Source: Emiliania huxleyi CCMP1516
Lineage: Eukaryota
Direction: 5' to 3'
NCBI RefSeq assembly: GCF_000372725.1
Contig: NW_005201249.1
Span: 24,198 to 88,197, forward strand
DNA length: 64,000 nt
Part shown: positions 21,901 through 32,976 of the stretch, in pieces
Layout: every line of letters begins with the position of its first letter
How positions within the stretch are numbered: position 1 is the stretch's first letter
Notes under the pieces: generated by a model
Database searches by the model: none
What the model was told of the DNA's origin: nothing
What the model saw: only the letters and a program-made list of their open reading frames with translations
Position numbers and translations under genes: made by a program

Positions 21901-24900
21901 GAGCTGGCGAGCGTCGAGCGGCGGCGCCTGGTGTACTGCACCCCGGAGAAGCTGTTTCACAAGGACGGCCAGAACGACCTTTTCAAGCTGCTCCTCAAAA
22001 TGAACAAGGCGGGCAAGCTGCTCCTCATCGCCATCGACGAGGCGCAATGCGTGCGCAAGTGCTCCTCGTGGCGCCCCTCCTTCGCGCTGCTCGCCTCGGC
22101 CCTCTCACCGCTCAACCAGCTGGACAAGGCGCGGCCCGCCCTCCCCGAGGCCCGCCCTCCCCGAGTTACTCCACACCCTCGACACTCCACACCCTCGACA
22201 CTCCACACCCTCGAGACCGTGGCGCCTGCTGCGACGACTGTAGGTGCGCCGCGTCCCGAAACTGCTCATCACCCCGATGGCCGGCGACGAGGCGGCCCGC
22301 AGCGACATCTTCGAGCGGCTCGGGATGCGCGACGTGTCCGTCTTCCGCTCGCCGTCCCTGCGCAGCGAGCTCTCGATCCGCGTGCACATCGACCCGTTCA
22401 AGTCGACCCGCTATGGCGAGGCGATGGCGCACTCGCTCGGCTGGCTGATCGCCGCGCTGCAGAAGGAGCCCGAGTTCACGCTCGTCCTCGTCTCCACGAC
22501 CAAGCTCTGCGAGAATGTGTGCAAGCTCCTGCGCGACTATGAGGTCTCGGCCGACTGCTTCCACGCGCAAATGGCGGAGGAGGACAAGAAGGTCGCGCAG
22601 TCCAACTTTGAGGAGGCCAAGGTGCTCGTCTTTGTGGCGACGATGGGCTCCTTCGGGATGGGCGTGCACTCGTCCAAGCCGATCAAGCACGTCGTCCACT
22701 ACGGTGCGCCGCAGTCTCTCGAAGACTACTACAATGAGGTCGGACGCGCGGGCCGCGACGGTGCGCACGCGCGCTGCACGCTCATCCTCACCTCGGAGGA
22801 CATCACCAAGTACAGCGGCGGGATGTGGACCAAGGATAAGGACGCGCAGCAGCAGGAGCAGCAGCTCGACGCAATCCGCGGCGTGCGCGAGTTCGCCCTT
22901 AACTGCGAAAAGTGTCGGTGGCAGTCTCTCACGGAGCGCCTGGATGACGGTGCTGTCGTCGACCCGTGCGGCATGTGCGACGTCTGCTGCGCGCCGCTGG
23001 CGGCGCCGCCGAAGGCCGAGTTTGGAAGCATCTTCGCCTTCTTGATCCGCCTCGTCTACGAGGCGACGCGCAAGGGCGAGTCGTACACGCCGCAGACCTG
23101 GCGCGAGCTGTGGGTCTTCGCGCGCAGCAGCACGGCCTTGCGCGCCGAGGAGAGCAAGCTGCCGGCGGCTGTCCGCACAAGCGGGCCTCGCGCGGGCAAG
23201 ATGCTCGGCGCTTGCCTCTCCTTCCTGTTGGCGCCCCAGGGCCTCGTCGACATCTCGCTGCGCTCGCCGAGCAACTACGGGCGCGGCTGGGGCCAGGGGT
23301 TCGAGCAGTTCGCGCTGAGCGAAGCGGGGCTGGCGCTGTACAAGGCGGGGCTCGCGGGCCTCTCGTACCGGGCACCGCTGCCGCCCATGCTCTACTTCTT
23401 GCCGCCCGGGCACGAGTGCGGCTCCACCCGCCCCGCGGGGAGCTTGCTCGAGGTGGCGGCGGAGGCGGAGCAGCCCTCGCCGCGGCTGCGTGGCAGGCGC
23501 ACCGCGTGTGCAGCCTCGTGCGGCTGCCCCCTGGCGGACGGCGCAATCGAGTGCAGCGGCTGCGTGACCTGGTTTCACCCGGTGAGCCTCCCTTCCGCCC
23601 TTTGCCACCCAACGTCGCCACAACCGCGCCGCGCCGCCGCTCGCGCAGGCTTGCCTCGAGAAGGCGGAGGGAGTGAGGTGGCTCCGCGACGCCAACGACG
23701 GCAAGCGCAGGTACCTCTGCGCGAGCTGCAAGGAGCTCGACATCAACTTTGTCGAGCGCGTCGTTGGCAGGCGTCGGGGCAAATCGGTGACGGTGGATGC
23801 GGAGGTGCGGAGGGCCGTCGAGAGCGAGGTGATCGTCGCCGCCCGCGTGTCCGTGGCCGCCGGCGGGCGCGTCGCCTTCCAGCTAAGTGTCAACTCGGCG
23901 CGGGCGAAGATGTGCCGCATCATGGAGGGCGAGGACTCGTCGGCGAGTCGCATCACCGCATGGCGCCGGAGATTGTAGGGCGAGAGGCCGACGCGCCTCC
24001 TCCCGTTTTCTAGGAAACAAAGTGCTACCTCGCCGTGTGGGAGCTCCCGGACGAGGAGGGCTGGTTGAGCTGGCAGTCGGAGGCGAAGCTGACGCAGCAC
24101 GCCAAGGAGGCGCTGCTCGAGTACAAGGAGGCGCATGAGGCGCCGCCGCCGCCAAGGGGCGGCCGCAAGCGCGTCGTGCTGGACGAGGACGAGGACGGAC
24201 CTCGGGTGCCCGACGGTCCGAGCGACGGCCCGGAGCCACCGAGGCCCACGCGATCGCGCAAGCCACCACAGACCTTCCAGGCGGGGTCGGCGACGAGTGA
24301 CTGCAAGAGGCTCAGGCTCGCCGCGGCATCAGCATCGCCACCACGCCCTGCGGCGGCACCGGCGGCGGCAGCGCCCTCTTGCCCGACCGGCGCAAGGTCG
24401 CCGCCACCGGAGCAGCCGCCGCCTCACCTCTTGGACGAGGCGATGGAGGTGGAGGTGGAGGAGCCGGCGGCGGCGGAGGCTTGCCCGTTGCGCAAGAGGG
24501 CGATGGATGCCGCAGAGGCGGCCTTGGCGAAGCTGCCCCCGCAGCTGCGCCGCTCGCTCGAGTCCGAGGGCGTGCGGCGCTTGCGGCCCCAGACGGCGGA
24601 GGCTCTCACGAGGGCGTTCGAGGACGACCAGCCCCAAGCTGCGGGCCGCCTCTTCGCTTGCCTCTTCGCTTGCCGCGAGTCCGGCCTCGCGCTCGCTCAG
24701 CTCGACTCCGACCGCCGCGACGAGCTGCTCGAGGCGGCGGTGGTCGATGGCGGCGACGCGGCGATCAAGATAGCGCAGGATCTGCCAGGCGGGCAGCTCA
24801 CCCGCCCCTTCTTTATGGCGGACGAGGACGAGCTGGCGAAGCAGGGGTCGTGCGTCGTCTACAAGGTCGAGCTGGACGCGGAGGGCAAGCCCGAGAAGTT

Positions 24901-27900
24901 TACCTCCAAGCCCGACACTTCGACGGTCGCCCACAGCGTCCTCGGCTCCTCCAACCTGCTGAGGGTCGTGCCGTACGACTTGTCCGAGTTTACGCCGCTG
25001 GCCAAGCAGCAGGCGCAGCGCGAGCAATGCGAGCAGCTCGGCCAAGGCATCGACGTGCTCGGGCGACGCTTCAAGTTCCTTGCCTTCAAGACAGACCACA
25101 AGGTGTGTGCAGCGCGTGATGAGTCACCGCCCGTAGCCCTCCTCTCGCCCCCAGACCACGTGACGACGCCACCGCAGATGGCTGCGATGAAGATGATCTT
25201 CGTCGCGACGGCGGCGAGCGGGGAGACGGCGACCGCGCGCGACTTTCTCGGCGCAGGGCGCTACGGCGATGGCGATGGCGCATACGACGACGGCGATGAC
25301 GGGGGTGGCCTACCCCGCTTGCTCTCGCTGTCCTCCTCTTCGTCAGAGGCGCTTGGGCCGCGGGGCTGGTCGACGCCCGAGGAGGCTCGCGGCCTGCTCG
25401 GCTCCTTTGGCAAGCTCCCCAAGGTCCACAAGTTCGTCAAGCGCCTCGAGCTCATGCTCTCGCACACGCTGCCGGTGCTGACCCACTTGCAGGTCAAGAT
25501 GGGGAAGCGGCTCGAGGGGCGGGTGACGCTCGAGCAGCTCAAGGCCTTGGCTGCAGCGCCCCGGGGCACGGCGCTCGTCGTCATCTGCGACGACATCCCC
25601 GGCCTCGACGCGATGGGCGGGGAGACTTTTGACCCGCGCGGAGCGCAGCGCATCATGACGGACGGCGCGGGGCTGGTCTCGATCTCCCTCGCGAAGCAGT
25701 TTCCCGCCGTGAGCAACGGGCGAGTCGTGTCTGGTGGCGAGTCGGCGCTGCGGGACTTTGGCACCAACGAGAAGGTTGCGCCGCTCGTGACGCAGCTGCG
25801 GGCGTGGGTGCAGGGCAGCCTGGCCAAGGGCACCGTCACAGCGTGCCCGCTGCTGGCCGACGGCATCATCGTATTGCGCCGGTCGATGCTCAAGATCGAC
25901 GCGATCGACCCCGGCCTCTCGGATTTTAGCCGCATTGAGATCTGCGGCACGAGCGAGCGGGCGTCCAAAGTGCGACTCAACGCGAGCTTCGTCCCGCTGC
26001 TGATGGCGGGTGCGAAGCGGCAGGGCGACAAGGCCGCGCAGCAGATGTACAAGATCTTCGAGGAGCTGCAGGACGAGGAGGTCAAGCGCATCCGCTCGCT
26101 GACTGGGGCGCCGAGCGACGGCCAGGGCCTCAAGCAGGCGCTCGAACGGCTGAAGGGCGGGAAGCTCCTCTCGTCGCACGAGCGGGCTGGGGCAATGTTG
26201 CACGCCGGCTTCACCCTGCAGGAGCCGCGCCTCCGCGAGGAGCTCAACTTCATCCAGGCGGACCACCTCGCACGCCTCCGCAGGGCGCGTCGCTGCCATG
26301 CAAGCCCCGGTGCAGGCACGCCTCTGCCCCTCCCATCCTAGCTCGGACCACGTGTAGGCGAACATTCCGGTGCCAAACTCGTACGTCCTGCTCGGCATCC
26401 CCGACCAGAGCGGCACGCTGGAGGAGGGCGAGGTGGTTGTCATCCACGGCGGCAATCTCCTCTCCCCTCTGGCGGACTGCTCGAGCCAGCAGTCCATCGA
26501 TGTCCTCGTCTACAAGCCTCCGGCTTGCGCCCCCTCCCCCGCCCCCGCCGCCTCCTAGCCCGCCCTCACCGCCGCCACCCTCTCGGCCGCTACCGAGCCC
26601 GCCGCCTCCCTCTCGCCGCCTCCTCCCAGCCCACGACTTCCCTCGCCTCCACAGCCCTCTCTTTCTTCACCCAGCCCTCCGCCGCCTTCGCCACCGCCTC
26701 CTTGCGCCTCACCATCCTCTCCGGCCCACAGGGCGCGCACGAGGGCGACGTCCGCAAACTGCGCTGCCTCTGCCAGAACCTCCCCAAGCAACTGAGTGCG
26801 ATGCTGAAGGGAGTGATGTCAAGGCGCGCCAACGCCGTCATTCTCTCCACCAAGGGCGAACGCGCCACGGGCGACAAGTCGGCAGGAAGCGACTATGACG
26901 GTGAGCCTGCAGTTCCGTCACCGCCCACCGTCCGTGCCGCCATCCAGCTCCACGCCCCCCGCCACTACGCAGGCGACCTCTACAGCGTCATCGCTCAGCC
27001 GCAGATCGTCGCCCTCTTCGACGAGAGGACGCCGTGGGACGTCAAGCCGCTCGCCAAGCCCGCCGCCGAGCCCGCCCCCACGAGGCACGACGACCCTCAA
27101 GCGCTGCAGCAGCAGCTCCTCAAGCACTACATGCACCTGCGGTACGACTCGGCGCCGACGGTGGGCACGTCGGCGGTCAATCTCATGGCCTTCCAGGACC
27201 GCGGCGAGACTCAGGCGTGCGAGCGGCTCGTCGACATCTACAACGCCGCGCTCGACGCTGGCGTGACGGGCGAGGTGCCCTCGCTCCCCGACGACCTGCG
27301 GAGCCAGGCGCGTCGAGCTGCTGCCCTGCGCCCCTGCTCGAGCGCCAGCGAGCTCAGCCCTGCCCGTGCCTTGGAGCGCCAGGTGCGGCCGATTTGGATG
27401 CGAGAGCGCTACGCCGGCGGCAAGGGCTTGACGTTTGAGGACACGGACTCGGCAATGTGCAAGCTGTACACGCGCCTCGCGCCGGAATCTACTCCGGCGG
27501 CGACCCGCCTCCCTCAGGTCTTGCTCGACCCCGACCTGCGGGCGCTGGCCACGTCGGGGGGGGAGCAGCGGCCGCTGGTGGAGCTGTGGAAGGGTCGGGT
27601 GGTCCAGTACAAGTCGCTGGTCCGCGACATCCTCTCCAAGCCGCAGCCTCCGCTGCTCTCGAACGAGGCTGCGCCCCGCACCGCTCTCTCGCACCCAGCC
27701 TGGCCAGTAGCCATGACACTCACCCTTTCGGTCTCCGCAGGACGAAGAGGCTGCGCGGCGGCAGGAGATCAAGGAGATCGGCGCCTCGTACCGCAAGCTC
27801 CTCCTCGCCAACCACGACCAGGCCGAGGGCGGCTGGGACATCGAGGTCGAGCCGCCCCGCTCGCTTCTCATCGAGGCGCGTCCTGCTCGCCTTGCGTCTC

Positions 27901-28147
27901 TAACTCAGCCGTCGCCATCGCCCTCCGACTGCAGCGTCCCCGGCCCACGCAGGCCTGCCTCGTGTACAAGGTCACCTACGAGCACGAGATGGCCAAGCGC
28001 CGCGGGCAAGACAAGCGCCCCACGTGCGAGGGAGCCGCCCACGGCGCCACCAGCGGCCTCGCCTTCCCGTGGGTCATCGCCACGGACTTCCTCTGCCGCG
28101 CCAAGGAGCTCAAGGTCAAGCAGCAGGCTCTCGGCCGGCGCCCGTAG
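18946..28147 (+). CDS. Multidomain RecQ helicase / RNA-dependent RNA polymerase (QDE-1/RDR-gamma type) fusion with UBL, AP2, Tudor/PWWP-like, MBD-like, PHD and chromo domains
   Basis: Proposed phase-compatible introns: 22129-22243, 23582-23648, 23805-24013, 25103-25177, 26285-26357, 26523-26731, 26901-26972, plus a few near the 3' end. RecQ motifs: YFGHEAFRGSQ, TGLGKS, ISPLRSLM, YCTPEKL, IDEAQC, FGMGV, YYNEVGRAGRDG, CR...CGMCDVC. RdRP motifs: TDGAG, QLR...AKGT, LRRSMLK, LLGIPDQSGTLEEGEV, YKPPGAHEGDV, STKGER...AGSDYDGDLY, FPW. Confidence 0.88.
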
Positions 28148-28375
28148 TGGTCGTGAGCGGAGGCGCCCGCCCACATGCGTCATGAGCCGTAGGAGCCCAG
28201 AGCGAGGGGTGGGGCCCAAATTGAGTGTACGATCGTGTAGTACTGAGTGCGATGTTTGTGGGTGGTTGGTGACGAGCGACGGTACGGTCGTCTGCAGCAC
28301 CGTGATAGAGGTCGATGTAAGATGACGATCGATGTGTTTTGGCTAGCCTTTGTTGGGACGCTTAGGCTTACACGG

Positions 28376-28548
<173 letters not shown>

Positions 28549-28971
28549 GAGTCGAGAGAGAGAAAGTAAGTACGGCTCTAAAAATAAAATAGACACAGAT
28601 ACTAAGTGATGTCGCTTGTCGGAAGATGTGAGAGACTTCAGACTTGTGGGTACCTGTACCGCGTTGTGGCTCCAGAATTTACCAAAAAATCCGCCGGGCG
28701 GGGTGCGGGTGTGGGGGCGGGGTGGCGAGGACTGCGAGGAGAGTGAGGTGCGTGTCCCCCTAGGTCCAGGTGTCCCCGCGGCGCGCCGTGTGCCGGGGGG
28801 GGCTGCGGCTGGAAACGAGAGACAACGAGAGAAGAGAAGGCTCGACTACGAGGTCCGAGACGGATCCCATATCTGTAGGACAGTGCACACGTTGTCAGTG
28901 CTTTTAGCTTTATGTAGGTTAATGACGGATAAGAACGACAGCCCGGCGAAACCGGAGCGGCACATCGCACA

Positions 28972-30350
28972 TCAGTCGTCGTCCATGGCGCCAAACTCAT
29001 CCGAGTCCTCCTCCGACTCGCCCCCATCCTCCTGCAGCCATGTTTTGTTGGCCAGTCGCTCGAGCCGCGAAGAGGCGTCGGCGGTCAAGCCTGAGGCGTT
29101 AAATAAAGGCAAGAGAGGAGTGTGAGTAGGTAGGCCCGCCGCCACCTGCACCGCGCTGGCCGCCGTCTGCGCCACGCTGGCGAGCTGCTCGACCCCGCCG
29201 CTCCCTCTCCCTCCTCCCACGAGGCTCGAGAACTGGTCGCGAATGGGTCGCCAGTACGCTCTCGCGTCCTGCCCCGACGGAAAGCCCGCCGGGCCGAAGA
29301 GGATCGGCCACACGTGGTTCTGCATGTTTTTGAAGTGCACCCTCACCGTGTTCGCCCCCCGCCCGAGCTCACGCTGCAGCCGCCAGGACGCGAGCGACTG
29401 TCGGATGCGGCTCGTCAGCAGATACTGCAAAAACATGACAGTGAGCTGCTGGCACGGGTACCCGTCCTGCATCCCGTTTGCCCAGCTGGCGCGCATCACC
29501 GCATCGCCGCCGTCTTCGTCAGACCGGTTCATCTCCCCCTTGAACTCGCGCCACCGCTTCAGCACCTCGCCGCATTGCATCCTCAGGTTGTGGCCGAGCG
29601 GCGCGAGCATTGAAGCCGCCCCGCGCTCCGCCGGCGCCGCAATGGGTTGATGCAGCACCGCCGCCACGATGGCGCTCGGCCTCCGCATCCGCGAGTCTCT
29701 CAGCGACGCCGTGGTGTCCGCCGCCGCGAGCGGCGCCAGCAGCGCCGCCTGCGCCGCCGCCTGCTCCTCCGCCGCCCTCTGCCTCTTCTCTTTGGGCGCG
29801 TCAGCCCACTCCTGGTGCTGCAAGGCGCGCGCTCGCCCGCCTCGCGCTTCGCCTTGCTCGTGGGCGGACGGGCGTACGCGAACAGCTCCTCCGCGTCGCC
29901 CGCCGCCGCCCGCCTTGCTGCGGGCACGGTGTGCAGCGCCTCCACCGGCCAAGCCTCCCGCAACGCCGCGCCGCGGCCCTCGCCCAGCCGCCGGAATGGT
30001 CCGCCACCACCGTTCGCCTTGTCCGCCGCTCGGGCCGCCGCCGTCAGCGCCGCGCCCCCGCCGACGAATACGAGCGGACTCGGCATGGTGTGCGGCCGGC
30101 CCTGCGCCACCGCCACGCTCCGGTGGGTGTCGGTCGGTGGGCCTGACGCAATGAGACACGCTCCGCACCTCCGAAGCCTCCGAACGTTCGATTCGCCCCG
30201 TCCGTTAACGTCTAACCGCCCGCCGCGCATAACTGACTCCTCATCACCTCCCTGCTAACATACACCGAAGCCTCTCGTAACGTCTAACCGCCCGCCGCGC
30301 TAACTGACTCCTCATCACCTCCCTACGAACATACAACGACGACGACATCT
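28972..30350 (-). mobile_element. Degenerate element, copy 1, with a frameshifted ORF resembling a tyrosine-recombinase N-terminal (core-binding) domain
   Basis: 29433-30334 is largely duplicated at 31057-31875. The ORF contains KRWREFK...YPCQQLTVMFLQYLL...GRGANTVRVHFKNM, similar to the helical SAM-like domain of DIRS/Crypton recombinases. No catalytic R-H-R-Y region was seen. Confidence 0.4.
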
Positions 30351-31056
30351 CACACCCCGCGCTGGCCAGCGCCATCAGCCCCTCACAGCCCGGCCCAACC
30401 TCCCTTCGCCTCGCCTCCAGCGCCTCCAATCAAGTCGCACCTCTCTTCTTCAGCGAATGCAGCGGCAGCACCACGTCAGAGGCCGGGCCGACTGGCGGAC
30501 CTGCATGCCCAGCCATGCCCCCACTCCCCACCCGCTTGGATCGATCAGCTGACAGCTCCACCAGCTCCCACCACAGTGTGTCGTGTCATGAAGCATGATA
30601 GATAGTAGAAAGCAAAACAAAAACAAAACAAATGAACCATCGAAAGGTCTGATCTCCAAAAAGAGCTCTCGGCCTGCCGCGCGCGCCCGCGCCCCGCCCC
30701 TTTTGCGCAGCAACACCTTAAACTTCATGGCCCTCCAAATTCGGGTCGGAGCGTAGCGGAGTGGGACCCGAGTTTGAAAAAGGCGACGGACGCTTGCGTC
30801 CTAGCCTCCAACAACGCCTCCCCGGCGCAGAGGGGCCCCCAGAGGGATGCTCAACCGCCCCACGCCACGCCGCTTGAGGCGGTCCCCAGCTCGCGGGGCC
30901 ACTTCTTATTTGGCATTTGACACGCATAAGCGACACACAGACACAAACAGGCTCACAAGACAAGAAGACACACAGCCAGCTATGTCGCCCCCCCCCCCCC
31001 CCTAGCATGTATGTATGAGTCCCGTGCCCAGTCCTGTGCCCAGTGTTGTATGTATG

Positions 31057-31875
31057 AACATGACAGTGAGCTGCTGGCACGGGTACCCGTCCTGCATCCC
31101 GTTCGCCCAGCTGGCGCGCATCACCGCATCGCCGCCGTCTTCGTCAGACCGGTTCATCTCCCCCTTGAACTCGCGCCACCGCTTCAGCACCTCGCCGCAT
31201 TGCATCCTCAGGTTGTGGCCGAGCGGCGCGAGCATTGAAGCCGCCCGCTCCGCCGGCGCCGCAATGGGTTGATGCAGCACCGCCGCCACGATGGCGCTCG
31301 GCCTCCGCATCCGCGAGTCTCCCAGCGACGCCGTGGTGTCCGCCGCCGCGAGCGGCGCCAGCAGCGCCGCCTGCACCGCTGCCCGCTCCTCCGCCGCCCT
31401 CTGCCTCTTCTCTTTGGGCGCGTCAGCCCACTCCTGGTGCTGCAAGGCGCGCCGCTCGCCCGCCTCGCGCTTTGCCTTGCTCGTGGGCGGACGGGCGTAC
31501 GCAAACAGCTCGTCCGCGTCGCCCGCCGCCGCCCGCCTTGCTGCGGGCACGGTGTGCAGCGCCTCCACCGGCCAAGCCTCCCGCAACGCCGCGCCGCGGC
31601 CCTCGCCCAGCCGCCGGAATGGTCCGCCACCACCGTTCGCCTTGTCCGCCGCTCGGGCCGCCGCCGTCAGCGCCGCGCCCCCGCCGACGAACACGAGCGG
31701 ACTCGGCATGGTGTGCGGCCGGCCCTGCGCCACCGCCACGCTCCGGTGGGTGTCGGTCGTGGGCCTGCCTGACGCAATGAGACACGCTCCGCTCCAACCT
31801 CCAACCTCCGAGCCTCTCGTAACGTCTAACCGCCCGCCGCGCTAACTGACTCCTCATCACCTCCCTACGAACATA
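31057..31875 (-). mobile_element. Degenerate element, copy 2 (direct repeat of ~29433-30334)
   Basis: Near-identical ~800-bp duplication. Open frame MPSPLVFVGG...QQLTVMF is truncated at 31057. Confidence 0.6.
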
Positions 31876-32349
31876 CATATGTAGGAAGGTGAAGAACAGT
31901 CAGGCTCGGACTGGACACCAACGCGGTATGGGTGGACGCGGGACAGATGATGACGACACGCACGAGCGACACACAGACACAAACAGGCTCACAAGACACA
32001 CAGCCAGCTGGCTGCCACACACCCTGAGTTGGCGTACACATAACTCAAGGCCGCGCCCCCCCCCTGTCGCCTCCCCCAGCCAAGGTGCCGAAGGAACAAA
32101 CAAGGGCACAACAACACAACAGACGACAGGGGCGAACGCGTGAGGCTAGAGCAGGCTTGCTCGGCCTCTAGCAATCTCCGCCGACCGCGAGGCCGGACTA
32201 GACCGTGTGTGGGGTCGTGTGAGGTGTCTCTGGTCACTCTCCTCAGAGGCTAGCCGCCAGCCGCTAGCCCTATCTCGCACTCACTGGCGGTGACAATTCT
32301 ATGGGTGAGCGTATGCGAGTAGAGGCGCGTGAGCCGATTCTAGGTCGCA
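31876..32349 (-). mobile_element. Second copy of the retroposon-like repeat at 7993-8490
   Basis: Colinear similarity from TATGTAGGAAGGTGAAGAACA to TCTAGG(C/T)CGCA. Confidence 0.75.
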
Positions 32350-32976
32350 TGCCATTGGCATATAACTTGGCTTGGCGTGCGACCGCAGCGCGCCCGCCGT
32401 CAGCTCGACGGTGCGCGCATGTCAGCGAGAGGTTTGCCGGTAGAGCGATCCCGGTCTTGTCGAACGCGAGCCCCGCGCCACGGTTGCCAGCCGTGCCTTC
32501 GCGAGAGTCGCCCTCGGGCCGCGTCCCGTCGGCACTACCCTCGAGTGCGTGTCGCTTTGGTTGGCGACACCCACTCGTCGAGGGCAGTCCGGCCGACGGG
32601 AGCCTGTCGCGCGCCGGCGACGAATGCGGCGTGTGTGTGCGTTAGAAGCGACGATGGCACGACCACCGCCCTGCTCCCTGACCGGGCAAGGAGGGGCCTA
32701 CTCCCGTTCCGCGAGGAACAGGAGGTCAACCAACGCGGGCGGGGCGAGCTCAGATCAGCACTGCCGGAAGGGGGGTGGGCGGGGGGCACGCTGGAGAGGG
32801 CGGTCGCTGCCTCGTCTCGGTGGCTCTCAGCAAGAGGCACCGATGTCACACATCAAAATGAGGCAGGGCATCGAGCGATAAAAAAGAAATCGTTTACCCG
32901 GCACGGGACGGTGATCACCTCCTTTGACGCGCGGCGAGTTAACCTTTGGGCGAGCGTCGCCATCGCGCCCGTCCAC

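Noticed and set aside
19480..24136. Long minus-strand ORFs (855 aa, 656 aa) and similar shadow ORFs elsewhere
   Set aside because: Antisense shadows of GC-rich coding sequence with no recognisable motifs.
24035..28147. RdRP as a viral or endogenous viral polymerase
   Set aside because: The motifs are those of cellular double-psi-barrel RdRPs (DxDGD), not viral palm GDD enzymes, and the gene has host-type GC-AG introns.
32377..32976. First 200 aa of the 1299-aa ORF
   Set aside because: Non-ATG start, low-complexity translation next to a repeat and no protein-like features. Probably upstream sequence that happens to be open.
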